A stretch of 64,000 nt of DNA from a bacterium (GTDB taxonomy: Bacteria > Zhuqueibacterota > Zhuqueibacteria > Residuimicrobiales > Oceaniaggregativiventaceae), in assembly GCA_029565675.1 (NCBI GenBank), contig JAKQNP010000003.1, positions 1,294 through 65,293 of the forward strand, in the 5' to 3' direction. The position numbers and the translations under genes are program-made. The notes beneath the pieces were generated by a model that ran no database searches, was not told the origin of the DNA, and worked only from the letters and a program-made list of their open reading frames with translations. This document shows positions 35,379-46,540 of this stretch, in pieces; within the stretch, counting starts at the first letter, position 1, and every line of letters starts with the position of its first letter.

Positions 35379-35641
35379 TTTTCCTCATGCTTGATAGATG
35401 GTGATGCATGACTGTTACACTCGAGGAGGGGAAAACGTTCATTTGATTCGCATCGATTGGCTGCCAAAAGAACTGGCAGCCAATTCGAACGCATTTTCGA
35501 TTTGTTCAGGAACAAGCGTGTCGGCGCGGGATTTCTCGGAAGGGTGGTTAGACGACGGTCAGCAGCAAAGCACAGCAGCGATCATCGATCCGCTTGCGAT
35601 AGCGGATAGGGCGACAGCGGCGTCCTAGGTGGACACTGCAA

Positions 35642-36214
35642 TCAGTCGACCTCCTTGACTGAGGTCACAATCTTGCCGACCAAACCATAGTCGCGGGCTT
35701 CTTCGGCACTCATCCAAAAATTGCGATCGGTGTCCTGGGCGATTTTTTCAATCGGTTGGCCGGTCTGCTCGGCGAGAATGCGGTTGAGGCGTTCGCGAAT
35801 CTTGACGATCTCCAGCGCTTCGATGCCGATATCCGATGCCTGTCCCATAACTCCGCCGCTGGGCTGATGCAGAAGAAAACGGGTGTTGGGCAGACAGAAT
35901 CGATTTTCCAACTTTGGAGCTGAATAGATCAGCGCTGCGGCGCTGGCAACCCAGCCCGTTCCGACCACCCGCACCGGTGCATCCAGGAAACGGATCAGAT
36001 CGAACAACGTATCGGCCGACTCCACATGACCGCCCGGCGAGTTGATGATCAATTTAATGGGCTCTTTGGATTCCTGCGCCAACACCAACATTTTTTCGGT
36101 GATCTCCTCAGCGAGCTCCTGGTTGATTTCGCCAAAAAGCAATATCGTTCGCATGTTCAGCATTTTTTTGGCGGTAAAATCGCTGAAAAACTCTTCTGGT
36201 TTTAAGACCGACAT
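35642..36214 (-). CDS. clpP: ATP-dependent Clp protease proteolytic subunit, Ser-His-Asn variant
   Basis: 190 aa with AAGGAAGGA RBS. It aligns without gaps to E. coli ClpP from the HQP motif onward. Ser91 (GWVASAAA) and His116 (LHQPSGG) are conserved. The Asp171-equivalent is Asn165 (codon 35720-35722, DTDRNFWMS). Confidence 0.9.
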   Translation of the reverse strand: MSVLKPEEFFSDFTAKKMLNMRTILLFGEINQELAEEITEKMLVLAQESKEPIKLIINSPGGHVESADTLFDLIRFLDAPVRVVGTGWVASAAALIYSAPKLENRFCLPNTRFLLHQPSGGVMGQASDIGIEALEIVKIRERLNRILAEQTGQPIEKIAQDTDRNFWMSAEEARDYGLVGKIVTSVKEVD

Positions 36215-36484
36215 CTCTATCCTTCCTTAATCTGGGGGTTGATGGTCTGTCCGCAAGAGCAACTCGAACAGAAAGCGTTTTTTAAATATCAGCTTGGGCA
36301 AATCGTGCATCCACCTTGGGCGGAAACAAGTGTGCCAATATAAGCATAAATCGTCTCAACTGCAAGTGTTTGCAGGTGTCCATCAAGCGATCTGCAGACC
36401 GACTGCTGATTTCGGCCCAAATCAGTTCTTCGCCCAAGATGCAGCAAACAGAACCTTTGGACCATTTGGCCGTCGACGGTTGAG

Positions 36485-36916
36485 TCAGTGCGATGCCGGT
36501 GTCGGCGGCAGGGTATCGTTCGGACTCAGCAAGGCAATGACTTTTTGCGCAATGGCGATATCAGCCGAAGCCAGATCCATCTCGAGCAGTTGTGGTGGGG
36601 TTACCCAGCGCACAGCCTGGTGTTCGGACAAATTCAACGTTCCCGACTGCACTTCGGCCAGGTAAGCCATTAAAAGATAGGATCGGCCGTCGACATCAAA
36701 AGGCTCTTCACCGATCTTTGCCGACACCTGCACCGACAGACTCAATTCTTCCCGGATCTCACGCACCAAAGCTTTTTGAGGCGATTCATCAATGCGCTTT
36801 TTGCCGCCGGGGAACTCCCATTTACCCGCCATGGCGCCATTGCCCCGCTGGGCCACCAGAACCCGGCCGTCTGCAACGATTGCTGCAGCAACCACGATTT
36901 GTGTGTTCGTGTCCAT
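36485..36916 (-). CDS. NUDIX hydrolase, MutT-like
   Basis: Track ORF 36485..36961. Start moved to the ATG at 36916. Nudix box GGKKRIDESPQKALVREIREELSL. Confidence 0.85.
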   Translation of the reverse strand: MDTNTQIVVAAAIVADGRVLVAQRGNGAMAGKWEFPGGKKRIDESPQKALVREIREELSLSVQVSAKIGEEPFDVDGRSYLLMAYLAEVQSGTLNLSEHQAVRWVTPPQLLEMDLASADIAIAQKVIALLSPNDTLPPTPASH

Positions 36917-37210
36917 TGCACCTGCTGAATGGGTTCTCTGAGCAGAATCCAGTCGAAACACCTTGCGCTCTATTTGCCGGGCGCCCTTTGGCTATCGGCT
37001 GTGGTGTAAAGATAAAACCTCTGCTGCAGTAAAACAAACAGTAAAATTGCGGCAGAACCTTTAAAAACCAAAGAGTCGCTTGCTTTTTGTTGTTTGTCAG
37101 TTTATTTTTTGTAGATTTGTGCAATAAGCCCAGTTGCATCATCTTCTCACGTCGCCGAGCTGTGAGCTTACCGGTTGACCATCCTGTCGCAGAGGATTCC
37201 TTTGCCCTTA

Positions 37211-39043
37211 ATGCAAAACCAAATAACCCGAATCGAGCTTCTGGCGCCGGCACGCACAGCAGCTATCGGCCGATTGGCCATCGACTGCGGTGCAGATGCA
37301 GTCTATATCGGTGCGCCCAGGTTCGGTGCCCGGGTGCAAGCTGGCAATTCGCTGCGCGATATCGCCGATCTCGTCCAATACGCCCATCGCAGCTGGGCAA
37401 GGGTCTATGTCACCCTCAACACCCTGTTGTTCGACGAGGAAATCCCGCAGGCGGTGACGCTGAGCCAAGAACTGGCACAGATCGGCGTCGACGCTCTGAT
37501 CATCCAGGATGTCGGGCTGCTGGAGAGCGATTTGCCGCCGATCCCGCTCATCGCCAGCACTCAAATGCACAACCACACTCCCGAACGGGTGCGCTTCTTG
37601 CAGGATGTCGGTTTTACACGCGTCATCCTTGCCAGAGAATGCACATTAACGGAAATAAAAGCCATCCGCAGCCGTTGTGAGATCGAGTTGGAATGCTTCA
37701 TCCACGGTGCCCTTTGTGTCAGTTACAGCGGTCAATGCTATCTGAGCCACGTTCTGGGCGGACGCAGCGGCAATCGCGGTGAATGCGCCCAGCCATGCCG
37801 TCTGCCCTATCATCTCTGCGACCGAAACGGCCGCGTCTTGTTGCGCGACCGCCATTTGCTGTCGCTTAAGGATCTGAACCTGACCGAGCACCTCGGAGAC
37901 TTGCTCGACGCCGGTATCACCTCCTTTAAGATCGAAGGCCGTTTAAAGGAGGCCGATTACGTCAAGAATATCGTTCTGCATTATCGCCGCCATCTGGACC
38001 AGCTTCTGGAATCACGCGCGATGCGACCGGCAGCATCAGGAGCGATCCACAGCGACCTGGCGCCGGATCCGCATAAAACCTTTAATCGCGGCTACAGCGA
38101 CTATTTTATCCGGGGCCGACGCGCCGATCTCGCATCGTTCGAATCGCCCAAATCGATCGGCGTGCCTCTCGGTCGGGTTAACACTGTGCATGGCTCATCT
38201 TTTACCATCGATTCCGACGAGCCCATACAGCCCGGAGATGGCGTTTCTTTCTTTGACGGCCGCGGGGTCTTGAGCGGATTTCGCGTCCATCTGGTCGACG
38301 GCCGCCGAATCACTCCACATAAAAAAATCCAATTGTTACCAGGCCAGGAACTCTTTCGCAATTACCATGCAGTCTTTAGCGAACGTTTACAGCGTTCTGA
38401 ATGTAAAAGATCGATTTTGATCGATTTGCGGTTGGTTCAAACCGACGGATTTCTGACCCTGGCGGCGCAAGACAGCGACGGAAACCATGTGGTTGTCAGA
38501 CGACCGCAAATCGATCCGCCGGCAGAGAAACCAGATGCCATGCTGCAAAGGTTGAAGCAGCAATTGTTGCGCCTTGGAGAGACCGAATTTACCTGCTGTG
38601 AGCTGCGCACCGATCTGCAAGTCATTCCTTTTTTACCTGCAGCGGCCATGAATGCTCTTCGGCGAGAGGTTATCGAAGCTTTGCGATTGGAACGCTTGCG
38701 CAACCGGCCACAGATGGTGTATCAGGCAGGCGACCAGAAAGTCCCTTTTCCGGTAAAGCATCTGACCTATACAGCAAATGTCCTCAACCGGCGCGCACAG
38801 GAATTCTATCGTCGACACGGCGTCGATTCGATAGAGCCGGCAGCGGAAAGCGGCATCGATTTGCAAGGCAGGCCGGCGATGGTCACACGTTATTGCTTGA
38901 AACACGAACTCGGCTGGTGTCCCCACCAAAATCCCGATATCGTTCCGGCCGAACCGTTGTTCCTGGTCACCCAATCCGGCCGCAAATTGCGGCTCGATTT
39001 TGATTGTCATGCCTGTGTGATGCGGATCATCGTCGAGCCGTAA
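37211..39043 (+). CDS. U32-family protein (YdcP/RlhA-like architecture)
   Basis: Track ORF 37175..39043. Start moved to the ATG at 37211. U32 signature ECFIHGALCVSYSGQCYLS. The long C-terminal extension resembles that of the ~650-aa YdcP class. Confidence 0.85.
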   Translation: MQNQITRIELLAPARTAAIGRLAIDCGADAVYIGAPRFGARVQAGNSLRDIADLVQYAHRSWARVYVTLNTLLFDEEIPQAVTLSQELAQIGVDALIIQDVGLLESDLPPIPLIASTQMHNHTPERVRFLQDVGFTRVILARECTLTEIKAIRSRCEIELECFIHGALCVSYSGQCYLSHVLGGRSGNRGECAQPCRLPYHLCDRNGRVLLRDRHLLSLKDLNLTEHLGDLLDAGITSFKIEGRLKEADYVKNIVLHYRRHLDQLLESRAMRPAASGAIHSDLAPDPHKTFNRGYSDYFIRGRRADLASFESPKSIGVPLGRVNTVHGSSFTIDSDEPIQPGDGVSFFDGRGVLSGFRVHLVDGRRITPHKKIQLLPGQELFRNYHAVFSERLQRSECKRSILIDLRLVQTDGFLTLAAQDSDGNHVVVRRPQIDPPAEKPDAMLQRLKQQLLRLGETEFTCCELRTDLQVIPFLPAAAMNALRREVIEALRLERLRNRPQMVYQAGDQKVPFPVKHLTYTANVLNRRAQEFYRRHGVDSIEPAAESGIDLQGRPAMVTRYCLKHELGWCPHQNPDIVPAEPLFLVTQSGRKLRLDFDCHACVMRIIVEP

Positions 39044-39244
39044 ATACAGAGCCTATGCCAAGCTGTAAAAAGAGCTGGGATCACGTTTCTCTGCAAGTTT
39101 TTTACGGATTGATTTGTATACACGATTGTTTTATATTGACAAATCAAGAGTGGAATTGCACCGTTGGCGCAAAAAGTCGATGACAACACGGATACCGCCT
39201 GGTGCGCAGAATCCAAGTTGAACCCGATCGATTGGAGCAAAGAG

Positions 39245-40555
39245 ATGAGCAAACCAGCGATGCCCGGATTTCATCCTTCCACCCGTCTTTTTCGTTTTAC
39301 GGTGCTCTTTTTTGTCGCCATGCTGACCTTTGGCAGTTATTTTGCCTATGATATTATCGGGGCCATCGCTCCTACTCTGATCGAGCAGCTCGGAGCCTCG
39401 CGAGGTACAGTCGGCTCATTCTACACCATTTACAGCATAGCCGCCATTCTTTCAGTGCTGATCGGCGGTTTTCTCATCGATATCCTCGGCACCCGGCGTG
39501 CGAGTTTGATTTTCTCGAGCCTGGTTTTCGTCGGAGCGGCTCTGGTGGCCATGGCCGACAGCTTGCCGCTTCTCTATGCCGGCCGCTTCATTTTCGGAGG
39601 GGGATCTGAGCCGTTGGTGGTGGCGCAGAGCGCCATCCTGGCTCGATGGTTCAAAGGCAAAGAGCTGGCGCTGTCTTTCGGCATCGCCCTGACTGTCAGC
39701 CGTTTGGGCACGCTATTCAGCTTCAACACCGGCGAATTGATTGCTGCGCGTTTCGGCGGTTATCGCGCCGCGCTTTTGGCGGCCGCTGTTTTTTGTGCTC
39801 TCTCTTTATTGGCGAATATCGTCTATTTCTTTATGGATCGCTATGGCGCCCGCAAACTCGCACTGGAGGAAGGCGAAAGCGAGGAAAAAATAGTCCTCAA
39901 AGACGTCAAGTCCTTTAGCCCGTCATTCTGGTACATCGCCATGCTGTGTTTGTTGTTCTATTCAGCAATATTTCCTTTTACCGCCCTCTCTACCGATCTT
40001 TTTGTCGATAAATGGGGTATCCAGCGGGTAGCCGAGACGACCGGCGGATTTTTCCGCAGCGTTTTCGGCAACTTTATGCACATGTTCAGCACTGCCGGCG
40101 GAATTTCATCGATCATCATCTTTGCCTCAATGGTCTGTGCACCATTTGCCGGGCAGTTTGTCGACCGATTCGGCAAACGCGCTTCACTGATGATCATCGG
40201 CTCGCTGTTGATGATCCCGGCCCACCTTCTTCTCGCCTTTACCCACATCTACCCGGCATGGCCGATGATCGTGCTCGGCGTCGCCTTTGTGCTGGTGCCG
40301 GCGGCCATGTGGCCTTCTGTCCCGTTGATCGTGCGCAAACAAGCGGTGGGAACCGCTTTCGGATTGATCACCTTCATTCAGAATATCGGACTGGCGCTTT
40401 TTCCTTTTCTCAACGGCAAACTCCGCGACTTGACCGAGACCTATACCTCCAGCATGGTGATGTTCGCTGCTCTGGGCGTTCTCGGACTGATCTTTGCCCT
40501 GTTGCTGTTGCGCGCCGATCGCCGTGAAGGCGGTATTTTGGAGCGCGGCCGTTAA
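39245..40555 (+). CDS. MFS transporter
   Basis: Track ORF 39164..40555. The ATG at 39245 follows GGAGCAAAGAG. About 12 transmembrane helices. Motif A-like GGFLIDILGTRRA. Confidence 0.8.
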   Translation: MSKPAMPGFHPSTRLFRFTVLFFVAMLTFGSYFAYDIIGAIAPTLIEQLGASRGTVGSFYTIYSIAAILSVLIGGFLIDILGTRRASLIFSSLVFVGAALVAMADSLPLLYAGRFIFGGGSEPLVVAQSAILARWFKGKELALSFGIALTVSRLGTLFSFNTGELIAARFGGYRAALLAAAVFCALSLLANIVYFFMDRYGARKLALEEGESEEKIVLKDVKSFSPSFWYIAMLCLLFYSAIFPFTALSTDLFVDKWGIQRVAETTGGFFRSVFGNFMHMFSTAGGISSIIIFASMVCAPFAGQFVDRFGKRASLMIIGSLLMIPAHLLLAFTHIYPAWPMIVLGVAFVLVPAAMWPSVPLIVRKQAVGTAFGLITFIQNIGLALFPFLNGKLRDLTETYTSSMVMFAALGVLGLIFALLLLRADRREGGILERGR

Positions 40556-40627
40556 ACGCGAAGAGACTTTTCCCCTGTGTCGTTCTGTTGGTTGACCCGG
40601 ATGGATGAGCTGACAGAAAGTATGGCT

Positions 40628-41869
40628 TTATTGTGGGTCGGTCAAAGAATATCTGACCATGAGCAACGCCGACACCGCAAACAATGCGGCAACAATAAAG
40701 ACCGCTTGAAGATTGCCCTGAACAAAAACCAGGCCGAGCAAAAGAGGTCCAAGAGTCTGGCCAACGCGCAAGGCCATGCCATTGAATGACATAAAAGCGG
40801 CGCGATAGTTCAGAGGTGCCAAACCGACCAGCAGGGTCTGGATAATTGGAATGTTCAGTCCATGCCCTGCGCCAAACAGGATTGCTGCAAAAGCAATCCC
40901 TGCCCACCCTCTGCTTACCGAAAACAACAACAGAGAAACCGCATAAGATGCAAATCCCGTCATGATCAACCGACGTTTGCTGATGCATCTGCTCAATCTG
41001 CCGACCTGGGTTGAACTGAGGGCAGTCGACACGGACATAACAGCCGTAATCAGTCCGATAGTCAAGGTCGAAGCTTGAAAACAATCCGACAACAACAGAG
41101 GCAGATAGGTAAGAAACGCACCATAAAGAATGATAAAAATGAAGGTGTTGATCAAAAAAAGAATGGCAGCCTGGCGGGATAACGTCTGGAACACACTGCG
41201 GAAGTAGCTCGTGATTTGCTGTTGGCTCTTTGGTTCTGGATTTTGCAGTTGTGTGACCATCCATGCTGCCAGCGGCACAGCGACCAGGGGCAGCAAAAAG
41301 GGGAAATTCCAGCCCAGCAGCGCCAGAGCGCCACCAATCGCCGGATAGGTCGCAGTGCCGATACTGAGCACACTGGCATTGTATCCCATCGCCGCAGTGC
41401 GCTGCGGTTCGCGGTAGATATCGCCGATCAAGGTGGAATTGAGGGATCCGAGCGCTGCTGCACCGATGCCCTGGGCAAAACGCAGGATCAACAAGTGCAT
41501 AAAAGAAGCTGCAAAAAAGCAGGAACTGCCGCCAAGAGCAAACAAAAAGAGAGAAACCGTCAGAATGCGCTTGCGTCCCCAGCGATCGGCCAGCATACCC
41601 AGAACAGGCGCGAGAAAAACTCCAGGCAGGGTAAAACAGACAACGAGGTAACCGATCTGTTGCGAGGAGAGAGAAAAGTGCTCAACAATCAGCGGGAAAG
41701 CGGGTGTGACAGAAGAAACCCCCATTACAGCAATGAGCGTAACTGAAAAAATGATCAGCAGATTCGGGTCGCGCAGCAGCGATCGAGCATTGTCAGTTTC
41801 ATCCTTCCCAGCGGTTGCGCATGCTGAACCCTTGATGGTGTGCCCTTTTTTTTTAGCCAAGAGCCACAT
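40628..41869 (-). CDS. MFS transporter
   Basis: About 12 transmembrane helices. Motif [15 protein letters not shown]. Confidence 0.8.
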   Translation of the reverse strand: MWLLAKKKGHTIKGSACATAGKDETDNARSLLRDPNLLIIFSVTLIAVMGVSSVTPAFPLIVEHFSLSSQQIGYLVVCFTLPGVFLAPVLGMLADRWGRKRILTVSLFLFALGGSSCFFAASFMHLLILRFAQGIGAAALGSLNSTLIGDIYREPQRTAAMGYNASVLSIGTATYPAIGGALALLGWNFPFLLPLVAVPLAAWMVTQLQNPEPKSQQQITSYFRSVFQTLSRQAAILFLINTFIFIILYGAFLTYLPLLLSDCFQASTLTIGLITAVMSVSTALSSTQVGRLSRCISKRRLIMTGFASYAVSLLLFSVSRGWAGIAFAAILFGAGHGLNIPIIQTLLVGLAPLNYRAAFMSFNGMALRVGQTLGPLLLGLVFVQGNLQAVFIVAALFAVSALLMVRYSLTDPQ

Positions 41870-42671
41870 CCAGAGTCATCATAACCGCAAATCCGAGCAT
41901 GGCACCCATCGTGGAGATATCGGTGTTCTTGTCCTGTTGTGATTCGGGAATGATGTCTTCGACCACCACAAAAATCATGGCGCCGGCCGCAAAAGCCAAG
42001 GCATAGGGAAGAATCGGCCGCGCAATGATGACCGCTGCGGCGCCTAAAACACCGGCGATCGGTTCCACCACTCCCGACATCTGACCATACCAGAAACTTT
42101 TAAACCGGCCGAGGCCTTCTCGGCGCAAAGGCACGGAAACGGCTGCTCCTTCCGGAAAATTTTGAATCCCGATACCCAGAGCGAGCGCAACGGCACCGGC
42201 AAGCGTCGCAGCCGGCATCCCGGCGCTGACGGCACCGAAAGCGACGCCGACCGCCAGGCCCTCGGGAAAATTGTGCAGGGTAATCGCCAGCACCAATAGG
42301 ATGCTCTTGTGCCAACGGGTGGGCAAACCCTCTGCTTCTTCGCTTGGCAGACCGACATGCAGATGCGGCAGGATGCGGTCGATAAGCCGTAAAAAAACGC
42401 CGCCGAGAAGGAAACCGATCACTGCGGGGATCCAGGGTGCTTGACCTGCCTCTTCAGCCATTTGGATCGCCGGCGCCAGCAGGGACCAGAAACTGGCAGC
42501 AATCATCACTCCAGCGGCAAATCCGAGCATACCGTCGAGTACTTTGCGATTGATCGATTTGAAACCAAAAACGACTGCCGAACCCGCAGCGGTCATAAAC
42601 CAGGTAAAGCAGGTCGCCAGCAGAGCCTGAAAAATCGGGTCACGGCCGACAAACCAATCGACGATTGCCAT
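41853..42671 (-). CDS. ZIP-family divalent metal transporter (ZupT-like)
   Basis: Track ORF 41853..42704. Start moved to the ATG at 42671. Signature [13 protein letters not shown] and a second NFPEGAAV repeat. Confidence 0.85.
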   Translation of the reverse strand: MAIVDWFVGRDPIFQALLATCFTWFMTAAGSAVVFGFKSINRKVLDGMLGFAAGVMIAASFWSLLAPAIQMAEEAGQAPWIPAVIGFLLGGVFLRLIDRILPHLHVGLPSEEAEGLPTRWHKSILLVLAITLHNFPEGLAVGVAFGAVSAGMPAATLAGAVALALGIGIQNFPEGAAVSVPLRREGLGRFKSFWYGQMSGVVEPIAGVLGAAAVIIARPILPYALAFAAGAMIFVVVEDIIPESQQDKNTDISTMGAMLGFAVMMTLDVALG

Positions 42672-42873
42672 CTGCACTCCTGTAGGATTAAGGATACCGA
42701 ACAAAAACGGTCTGTTACACCGATCGGATATCCTTTTTGGCTTTCCGGGCTTTCGCCCGGCAAGCAGTGATTTTTGAACTAATTGAGTCTAGTGACTCTA
42801 ACCTTGCCGGAATGGAAAAAGCTGCTGAATCAAGAAAAACTATCAAATCATTCCAGCGGAAGCAAGCAAAATT

Positions 42874-43947
42874 TCAATGTCGGCGCAAAATCAACAATGA
42901 GATATCGTCCGACTGAGGTTCGTCACCGCTGAAAGCTTTCACTTCCGCCAGCAGTCCGGTTGCCGTTTCTGCGGCGTTCAGACCGGGGTGTGCAGCAAGC
43001 CATTTAAGCAAACGCTCCTGACTCCAGAATTCGTTTTGGTCATTGCGCCCCTCAGTCAAACCATCTGAATAGAGAAACAACACATCGCCGCTCTGGCAAT
43101 CGATTTGGTGCAGCCGGTAATCCGTTGCGGGATTGAGTCCCAGCGCGGGCTCACCTTTTTCGGTTTCTTGAATTTTTCGGCCAGAAATAAATAGCGCCGG
43201 GAAATGGCCGGCATTGATATAGTGCACGCGACCGTGGGTTGAATCGAATTCGACATAAAACATGGAAATAAATCGACTCGGCAAGCCGTCCCGGCACAGG
43301 ATGACGTTGACCTCTTTGCACAGTTGCGCGGGTTTGGCAAAATGCGGAAATAAAGCCCGGAGAGTGGACTGCAGTTTGGCCGACAACAGGGCAGCTCCCA
43401 ATCCTTTGCCCGCCACATCCGCCAGCACAGCACCACGGCGTCCGCGATCGGATATCAGATCGACCAGATCTCCCCCCACATCATTGGCTGGCTTGGAGAT
43501 CAAGTAGATATCCCAACCGGGAATGTCCGGCGAACTGGCCGGCAGCAGCGCGCTCTGTACACTGTGCCCGATGCGCAGCTCGTCTTTGGCCAACAATTTA
43601 TCTTTGAGCTCGAGAATCAGTATCAACAGGAGCAACAAAAATCCGCGGTTTTCGATGACAACTCCGGATTGGTTGATCCTGACCTGCATAAACTGCAAGA
43701 CCAGAGCAATGATCAACAAAATCCGCCGACCAGGGGACAATTTGCGCAGCAGACTTTTGAAAAGATAATGGAAACGATGAACCGTGCGGCGAAACCAGCC
43801 CATCTTTCCGATCCGTTGACGTGTCTGGGCATCGACATAAAAATAGTATATATCGCGCATATCGCGCATCAATCTTTTTTTGACCGATGAAAGCCCCAGA
43901 CATTCGACGAGGTTGTCAATTGCGTTCGACATCTCGCACCACCTCAA
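42874..43947 (-). CDS. membrane-anchored PP2C/SpoIIE-family protein phosphatase
   Basis: N-terminal transmembrane helices, then GGDLVDLI, DVAGKG and LYSDGLTE motifs of the SpoIIE/RsbU-type PPM domain. Confidence 0.8.
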   Translation of the reverse strand: MRWCEMSNAIDNLVECLGLSSVKKRLMRDMRDIYYFYVDAQTRQRIGKMGWFRRTVHRFHYLFKSLLRKLSPGRRILLIIALVLQFMQVRINQSGVVIENRGFLLLLLILILELKDKLLAKDELRIGHSVQSALLPASSPDIPGWDIYLISKPANDVGGDLVDLISDRGRRGAVLADVAGKGLGAALLSAKLQSTLRALFPHFAKPAQLCKEVNVILCRDGLPSRFISMFYVEFDSTHGRVHYINAGHFPALFISGRKIQETEKGEPALGLNPATDYRLHQIDCQSGDVLFLYSDGLTEGRNDQNEFWSQERLLKWLAAHPGLNAAETATGLLAEVKAFSGDEPQSDDISLLILRRH

Positions 43948-43971
43948 CTTTGTTCATTTGGTCAAAAAGTT

Positions 43972-45537
43972 TCACCTTTCTGCTGCAACCGGTCGGACCA
44001 CGATTTCGAATTCTCCAACCCGCAACGGTTTATCGCGGTCCAGCTTCAGAGCAACGGTCTGCAGCATAAGGACATTCTTTCCCTCGACGAGGCAGTCATT
44101 TTCAAGCCGAGTCTCTCCGATCAGCACAGAGCGGCCTTTAACAGTTTGCCGACTGACTTGCCATTGGTTACCGGTGAGATTACCCAAACCGCAGTCATTC
44201 AACCGCGCAGTTAGATCGTCATCGGGCAGAGCGTCGATCACAGCCAGCCGCAAAATGGCTTCAGCTGAATCCTGAATGGTACAGCAACGAAACGGCAATT
44301 CGATCCAATCGCCCAATTTGCGCAACGGCAGGCGCTGAAAAGCGAATCCCAGGTCGAAAGTCTGCAGTTCGTTGGGCTGATAGATCAGGCTGCGAGTATT
44401 GAGAAAATGCATCGGCAGTTTCATCTCCGGAACTGTCGACAGCCAGTCGCGCAACAGCGGATAGTCATCGCTGAAAGTGTCGGCGTAATAGTTGTAGAAC
44501 ATCATGCCGTCGATGCCCTGGGCAAAATAGTTGTGCGCAATGGCGCGGATCTTGGCACCATCGAGTTCTTGATTCTCGCCGAGCAGGGAAGGCTCGCCGT
44601 ATTCAAAAACCTGAAAAGGAGATACATTTCCCAATGTCAGCGGCACCAGCAAACAGCGCGAGCGGTCAGTCCATTGTTTCCAGCGCTGCAGCGGAATGTT
44701 CCAGTCGGCATAGTACCATTCGCCGGGGCACACCAAATCGATGATCTGATCAGCAATCCATCGATCCACTTGCATCCCTTCGCGAAAGCAAAAGTCGATA
44801 TCCCAGGGGACAATCGCCGACAGCAGTTTTGTGCGATTGTTCTGGTTGAGCAATCGGCGAACCTGGTGCACATATTCGGTCAGATAGGGAGCTTTTTCGC
44901 ACTTCGGCTGAGACAAGAACGGTGCCGTGCGGCCGAAATCGAGTTGAATACCATCCACATCGTAGCGCTCGATGATCTCTTGCAGGATGGCAAAGCGATA
45001 GTCGCGCACGCCATCGATGCTAAAATCCATCTGTCGCAAAGCTCCGATCGATTTCCAATCGCGTGCACCGGTATCGCGACCCAATGACCATTCGACATGC
45101 TGCCGCTCCCATGGAGTCCAATGCTTCGGCGTGCCGTGGTGGTCATTCATGCGCACGTTGGCCAAAACGGTTATCCCCGCCGCATGCAGCTGGTCGATCA
45201 TCTCCTGCAAAGGATCGATCCCCTGTTCGAACAAGGCATCGAATGCGGAACCAGTCTGAAAATGACCAATGGCACTGCGATAATTGCACAATCCGTTGGC
45301 GGAGACGTCCAATGCGATGATATCAGGTTTAGCAGAGATCAGGGTTTGCGCGATCTGTTGCAGTTCAGCCCGGGTGCTGCACCGACGAACACTGCCAAAA
45401 TCCTCGGTAATCATCAGCAGATAGCGGGAGTCGACCGGTCGAGAACGCAATTTTTCAATCACAGGATGCTGAAACAACTTTCCGCAAGCCAGAGAACCAC
45501 AGCAGAGAGCAACGAGAACGCATCGATACAGTGTCAT
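43972..45537 (-). CDS. secreted glycoside-hydrolase-like TIM-barrel protein (GHL-type), specificity unknown
   Basis: Track ORF 43972..45585. The ATG at 45537 is preceded by GAAGGA. Signal/lipobox LVALCCGSLAC. DGIQLDFGR and a VRMNDHHG-type beta-strand/loop pattern suggest a TIM barrel. The family assignment is tentative. Confidence 0.6.
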   Translation of the reverse strand: MTLYRCVLVALCCGSLACGKLFQHPVIEKLRSRPVDSRYLLMITEDFGSVRRCSTRAELQQIAQTLISAKPDIIALDVSANGLCNYRSAIGHFQTGSAFDALFEQGIDPLQEMIDQLHAAGITVLANVRMNDHHGTPKHWTPWERQHVEWSLGRDTGARDWKSIGALRQMDFSIDGVRDYRFAILQEIIERYDVDGIQLDFGRTAPFLSQPKCEKAPYLTEYVHQVRRLLNQNNRTKLLSAIVPWDIDFCFREGMQVDRWIADQIIDLVCPGEWYYADWNIPLQRWKQWTDRSRCLLVPLTLGNVSPFQVFEYGEPSLLGENQELDGAKIRAIAHNYFAQGIDGMMFYNYYADTFSDDYPLLRDWLSTVPEMKLPMHFLNTRSLIYQPNELQTFDLGFAFQRLPLRKLGDWIELPFRCCTIQDSAEAILRLAVIDALPDDDLTARLNDCGLGNLTGNQWQVSRQTVKGRSVLIGETRLENDCLVEGKNVLMLQTVALKLDRDKPLRVGEFEIVVRPVAAER

Positions 45538-45644
45538 CGGAAGATATCCTTCAACCTTGGGTTTTGGATTCCATTTGACCTTCACGCTTCTTTTGGCGCC
45601 AGGCAGGGCGATAATTGCAGCCCTTGAACTCCAGCAAAGCCCTA

Positions 45645-46526
45645 TCAGAACATCAGTTGTTCCCGCCAGACAGCCAGAAGCAAGATCGCTACACCGCAGC
45701 TGATGCCAAGAAGGGTGTAACGATTGACCGACTCGCGAAAAACCAATTGGGTCAGCACAACTCCGCCGACCAGAGACATGCCCTGGATCAAGGGAAAAAC
45801 CATCGCCGACGGCAAACTCATGGCCTTTTGCATCATCAGCAGTCCGGCAACGCTGACAAAACCGGCAGCAAATCCAACACTCCTCTCACTGCGATTGGGC
45901 CAAAAGGGTTGGTGCAACACCAATGATAGAAGCACAATTGCCAGACCGCCGGCCCAATAAAAGATCAAAGCCAATTCTGCCGAAAAATTGTCGCCGAAAT
46001 AGGAATATTTAAGCTTGTTGCCGAACAGAAACAACCCGTTTAAAGTCCATAGACAGACCAAAAACAGCGCAAAACGCGGCGAGAGACGTTTACCGCCGTG
46101 CTGCAGACCTCGCATTCCCACATTAAACAACAGCAGCATGATCACGAACAGCAACAGGACAAAGGCATCGAGTTTGACCAGATGCTCCTGTAACAGGATT
46201 GCTGAAGCAAGAATCGGCAAGAGCAGTGAAAGGTTGATCACTGTCCAGCTGATATAGGCGGGGCCCAGGCGGTTGACCTGGTTGATGAGGATGATACCGC
46301 CAGCATGCATGCAGCCCATCGCGATTCCTAAAACCCATAATGGAGCTGCAGACCAGGCTGAGGTTTGAAATCCGTTGCTGAGCAAGGCAAGTGTTCCTGC
46401 CACCAGGACAAAGGCAAATGCAAAAGGAATGGCGCGGCACTGCCGACGTTCGGCCGTTTTATAGACGATAGCGAGCAACGAAAAGCAACCACCAGCAGCC
46501 AGAGAGAGAAGCACGAGCAAAGACAT
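45645..46526 (-). CDS. 10-TM membrane protein, DMT/RhaT-like putative sugar transporter
   Basis: 293 aa, almost entirely hydrophobic helices in two similar halves. It sits between glycan-processing genes. Confidence 0.6.
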   Translation of the reverse strand: MSLLVLLSLAAGGCFSLLAIVYKTAERRQCRAIPFAFAFVLVAGTLALLSNGFQTSAWSAAPLWVLGIAMGCMHAGGIILINQVNRLGPAYISWTVINLSLLLPILASAILLQEHLVKLDAFVLLLFVIMLLLFNVGMRGLQHGGKRLSPRFALFLVCLWTLNGLFLFGNKLKYSYFGDNFSAELALIFYWAGGLAIVLLSLVLHQPFWPNRSERSVGFAAGFVSVAGLLMMQKAMSLPSAMVFPLIQGMSLVGGVVLTQLVFRESVNRYTLLGISCGVAILLLAVWREQLMF

Positions 46527-46540
46527 ATCACCGGATCCTT

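Noticed and set aside
42705-42873. A search for a Zur/Fur-type box upstream of the ZIP transporter, and the CCGGGC-tttc-GCCCGG hairpin at 42746-42761 as a possible terminator.
   Set aside because: No AT-rich Zur-like palindrome is visible. The hairpin is followed by A-rich rather than U-rich sequence on the strand where it would be needed.
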